In this document: in pieces, positions 61,654 through 64,000 of the stretch | Position numbering within the stretch: the stretch's first letter is position 1 | Layout: every line of letters begins with the position of its first letter | DNA from: Planctomycetota bacterium | GTDB lineage: Bacteria; Planctomycetota; B15-G4; SIAN01 | Assembly: GCA_031409275.1 (NCBI GenBank) | Contig: JANNXA010000037.1 | Span: forward strand, 46,290-110,289 | Length of the DNA stretch: 64,000 nucleotides | Reading direction: 5' to 3' | The notes under the pieces: generated by a model | What the model saw: only the letters and a program-made list of their open reading frames with translations | Databases searched by the model: none | What the model was told of the DNA's origin: nothing | Position numbers and translations under genes: made by a program

Positions 61654-64000
61654 TCAGCGATGGTCCATGTCGAGCCGTCGCCGCAGTTCGCTCCATTCGG
61701 CGTCGTCGGGACGCGCCGCCGCGACTCGCCGTGCCCATGGCGCCGGCAGCTCGAGTCCGTGCGCCTCTCCCCAAGCCGCCACCTCGGCCAGGAGCGTCGG
61801 GCATTCGCTCGCCTCGCGCAGCGCCGCCGTGAATGCCGCCGCGGCCGGCGTGCCGCGGCGGACCTCGGCGAGCGCCGCGAGCGTCGCCCAGGTGCGCGTC
61901 GGCGAGATTCCAAGGAGCGGGTCGCTGCGACCGAGCGAGTCGAGCCGCTCCCGCAGCGGCACGCCGCCGCCGCCCAACGCCGCCTGCAGCAGCGGCACAT
62001 CGTCCTGCAGCGAGGCGTCGGCCGCCGCCAGCGCCCCGCGGCGGTGGAGTTCGCGGCGCGGCCCGATCGGCAACCGGGCTCGAAAGTCCGCCGCGCTATG
62101 GGCCGGCCACAGATCGAGGACGCGCGCGTCGAGCCACTCGCGCAGTTCCGGCGGCGCTCCGACCCGCTCCGCGCTCGCGGCGGCGTCGGCGAAGAAACGC
62201 TCATCGCAAGACGCGGCTCGGTGCCCCAGTTGCAACCAGGCGGCGGCCAGCGCGGCGACTGCTTCCGCCGCGGGGCGCTGCGCCAGCGCCGCCACCAGGG
62301 TCGGGTCGGCGCTCGCGGTCGGGAGCGGGAGACCCAGCGCCGCGCACTGGAGCGCCGCCGCGCCGCCGCGGACCGCATCCCGCAAGAGCAGGATGGCGAT
62401 GGGGGCGCTCGCTGAAGCCGGATCGGCGCTCGTCAGCGCGAGCAGCGCCGTGCGCGCCTCGACGATGAGTGGCGCCGACTCGCGCCACTGCTCTTCGGGC
62501 AGCGCCAGCGCCGCGGCGATTCGCGCGTCGAGTTGCGCGCGCGCCGCTGCTCCGCCGCAGCGGCCGAGCGCTTCGAGCAATCCATGGCGCTCGTTGGCGT
62601 CGACGCTCTCTTCCAGTCGCCGCAACGCGTGCGGCACCAGGACGTCGCGTAGCGACGGCTCCGCCAGTTCGAGCAGCGCCGCGCGCGCGTCCTCGTCGTC
62701 GGACTCTTGCAGCAATTGTTCGATCAGCCCCGCGTAACCGGGGAGATGGCGCAGGCTGCCGAGGTCGGCCAGCAGAGGGATGCGTCGCTGGGGCTCGAGT
62801 CCGCGTAGCACGCGTGGCGCCGCTTCGATGGCGAGAGCTTCGCCGCTCTCGACCAGGGCTCGCAGCGCGGCATCGCGCACCGCCGGCCGATCATCGTCGA
62901 GCGCACGGCGCAGCAGTTCGTGCATCCTCGCGCCGCCCAGCCGTCCGGCGCGCGACAACAGGAAGCGGTAGCGATCGAGGCCGGCTGCATCACCTTGCAG
63001 CTGCGCCGCCTGCTCCTCGAACCAGCGCTGGGGCGCAGATCCGCCGACCTGCGCCAGGACATGGAGCAGCGCTTCCGGCTCGCTTCCGCCGAAGCGCGCG
63101 ATCGCGGCGGCGGCGACGGCATCGCTCGCGCCCTGCAGCGCGATGAACGGCACCCCTTCGAGCGCCGCGAGCGAATCGCTCGCCAGCGAAGCGTGCTGCC
63201 AGAGCCGCTCGACCAGTGCCAGCACCTCGTCAGGATCGCTCGCGCCGAAGGACTCGGCGATTTGCTTGATCATCCGGCTGCGCGTGCGCGCGTCGCGTTC
63301 GCCACCGAGCGCGTCGATCAGGAAGCCGAGGAAGGCGCTGTCGCCACCGCGGGCGATCGCTTCGAACGGGCGCAGACGCGCGTCACCGACGAGGTCGCGC
63401 AGGGCCTGCAGAAGGAGCCGATTGCGTGGTTCGCACGCCGGCATCCGCAACGCCGTCTCGCCGAGCGCGCCTCGCAGCGTCGGCGCGATCGTCGGCGCGA
63501 TCTGCTCGTCGAGCCGTCGCGCGATCGTCGGGTCGGGCAGTCGGCCCATCACGGCCAGGATCGGGAGAGCCGAGCGCGGGTCGTTTCGAGGCGTGAGCAG
63601 CTGCTGGAAGAGGACGTCGAGTGCGGCGGGGCCGTCGAGCCGCAGCGCCACGTCGAGCGCACCTTCGAACGCATCGTCGAACGGCGGGTCGACTTCGAGG
63701 CTGCGCAACGTGGCGATGGCGCGCGGCGCGATCTGCGGGAAGAGCGAGGCGAGCGTCGCCGCGGCGTGTTCTTGTGCCGGCGACGGCGGCCGCCCGGCCG
63801 TCGCGACCAGCAGGCGGACGCCGGAGTCATCGATCCGCGCGGCGAACTCCGGTTCGTAGCGCGCCGAGAGTCGCCAGGCGAGCAGCTGCGTCGTTTCCAG
63901 CCGCTCCGCGCGGCGCGGATCGGCCGCGGCCTCGCTCGTTGCGGCGGCGGCGGCGGCGGCGGTGTCGGCGGCGGCGGCGGCGGTGTCGGCGGCGGCGGTG
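61654..64000 (-). CDS. HEAT-repeat-like helical protein, 5' end outside the window
   Basis: The frame stays open from the window edge through 63708 to the stop at 61654; D.RPAVRDAALRAL-type repeats. Confidence 0.65.
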   Translation of the reverse strand, partial: TAAADTAAAAADTAAAAAAATSEAAADPRRAERLETTQLLAWRLSARYEPEFAARIDDSGVRLLVATAGRPPSPAQEHAAATLASLFPQIAPRAIATLRSLEVDPPFDDAFEGALDVALRLDGPAALDVLFQQLLTPRNDPRSALPILAVMGRLPDPTIARRLDEQIAPTIAPTLRGALGETALRMPACEPRNRLLLQALRDLVGDARLRPFEAIARGGDSAFLGFLIDALGGERDARTRSRMIKQIAESFGASDPDEVLALVERLWQHASLASDSLAALEGVPFIALQGASDAVAAAAIARFGGSEPEALLHVLAQVGGSAPQRWFEEQAAQLQGDAAGLDRYRFLLSRAGRLGGARMHELLRRALDDDRPAVRDAALRALVESGEALAIEAAPRVLRGLEPQRRIPLLADLGSLRHLPGYAGLIEQLLQESDDEDARAALLELAEPSLRDVLVPHALRRLEESVDANERHGLLEALGRCGGAAARAQLDARIAAALALPEEQWRESAPLIVEARTALLALTSADPASASAPIAILLLRDAVRGGAAALQCAALGLPLPTASADPTLVAALAQRPAAEAVAALAAAWLQLGHRAASCDERFFADAAASAERVGAPPELREWLDARVLDLWPAHSAADFRARLPIGPRRELHRRGALAAADASLQDDVPLLQAALGGGGVPLRERLDSLGRSDPLLGISPTRTWATLAALAEVRRGTPAAAAFTAALREASECPTLLAEVAAWGEAHGLELPAPWARRVAAARPDDAEWSELRRRLDMDHR
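63941..64000 (-). repeat. Coding (GCC)n tract with Asp-Thr interruptions (poly-Ala linker)
   Basis: Reads T-AAA-DT-AAAAA-DT-AAAAAAA in the open minus frame. Confidence 0.8.

Overview
A very GC-rich bacterial chromosomal window with about 43 densely packed genes. Gene content suggests an uncultured Planctomycetota-like lineage; this is inference only. No rRNA, tRNA, CRISPR array, transposase or phage genes were recognised. From left to right: an ECF sigma / zinc anti-sigma / double-zinc-ribbon / TlpA unit; two AlgX/AlgJ-like paralogues; pepE; a GT-C glycosyltransferase; a divergent cluster of ApbE, an FGE-fold protein, two Tat Gfo/Idh/MocA oxidoreductases and a cytochrome b562-like protein; a 52-bp tandem hairpin repeat; MOSC; tandem msrB-msrA fusions, the second a predicted lipoprotein with an in-frame TGA at the MsrA catalytic Cys (candidate selenoprotein); beta-propeller proteins; a BlaI/M56 pair with a visible operator; a di-haem cytochrome c; a cyanophycin operon (iadA-cphB-cphA) plus a CphA-like Mur ligase lacking ATP-grasp; an amidohydrolase; PhoX; a frameshifted gene; a clostripain-HhH fusion; boxR/boxC/boxB without boxA; peptidases; covarying intergenic hairpins; HEAT-repeat proteins and carB. 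The best leads are the Sec/Cys MsrBA pair, the ApbE-FGE-Gfo-b562 periplasmic redox module, the extra cyanophycin Mur ligase and the covarying hairpin arrays. All calls come from motif recognition by eye; no searches were run.
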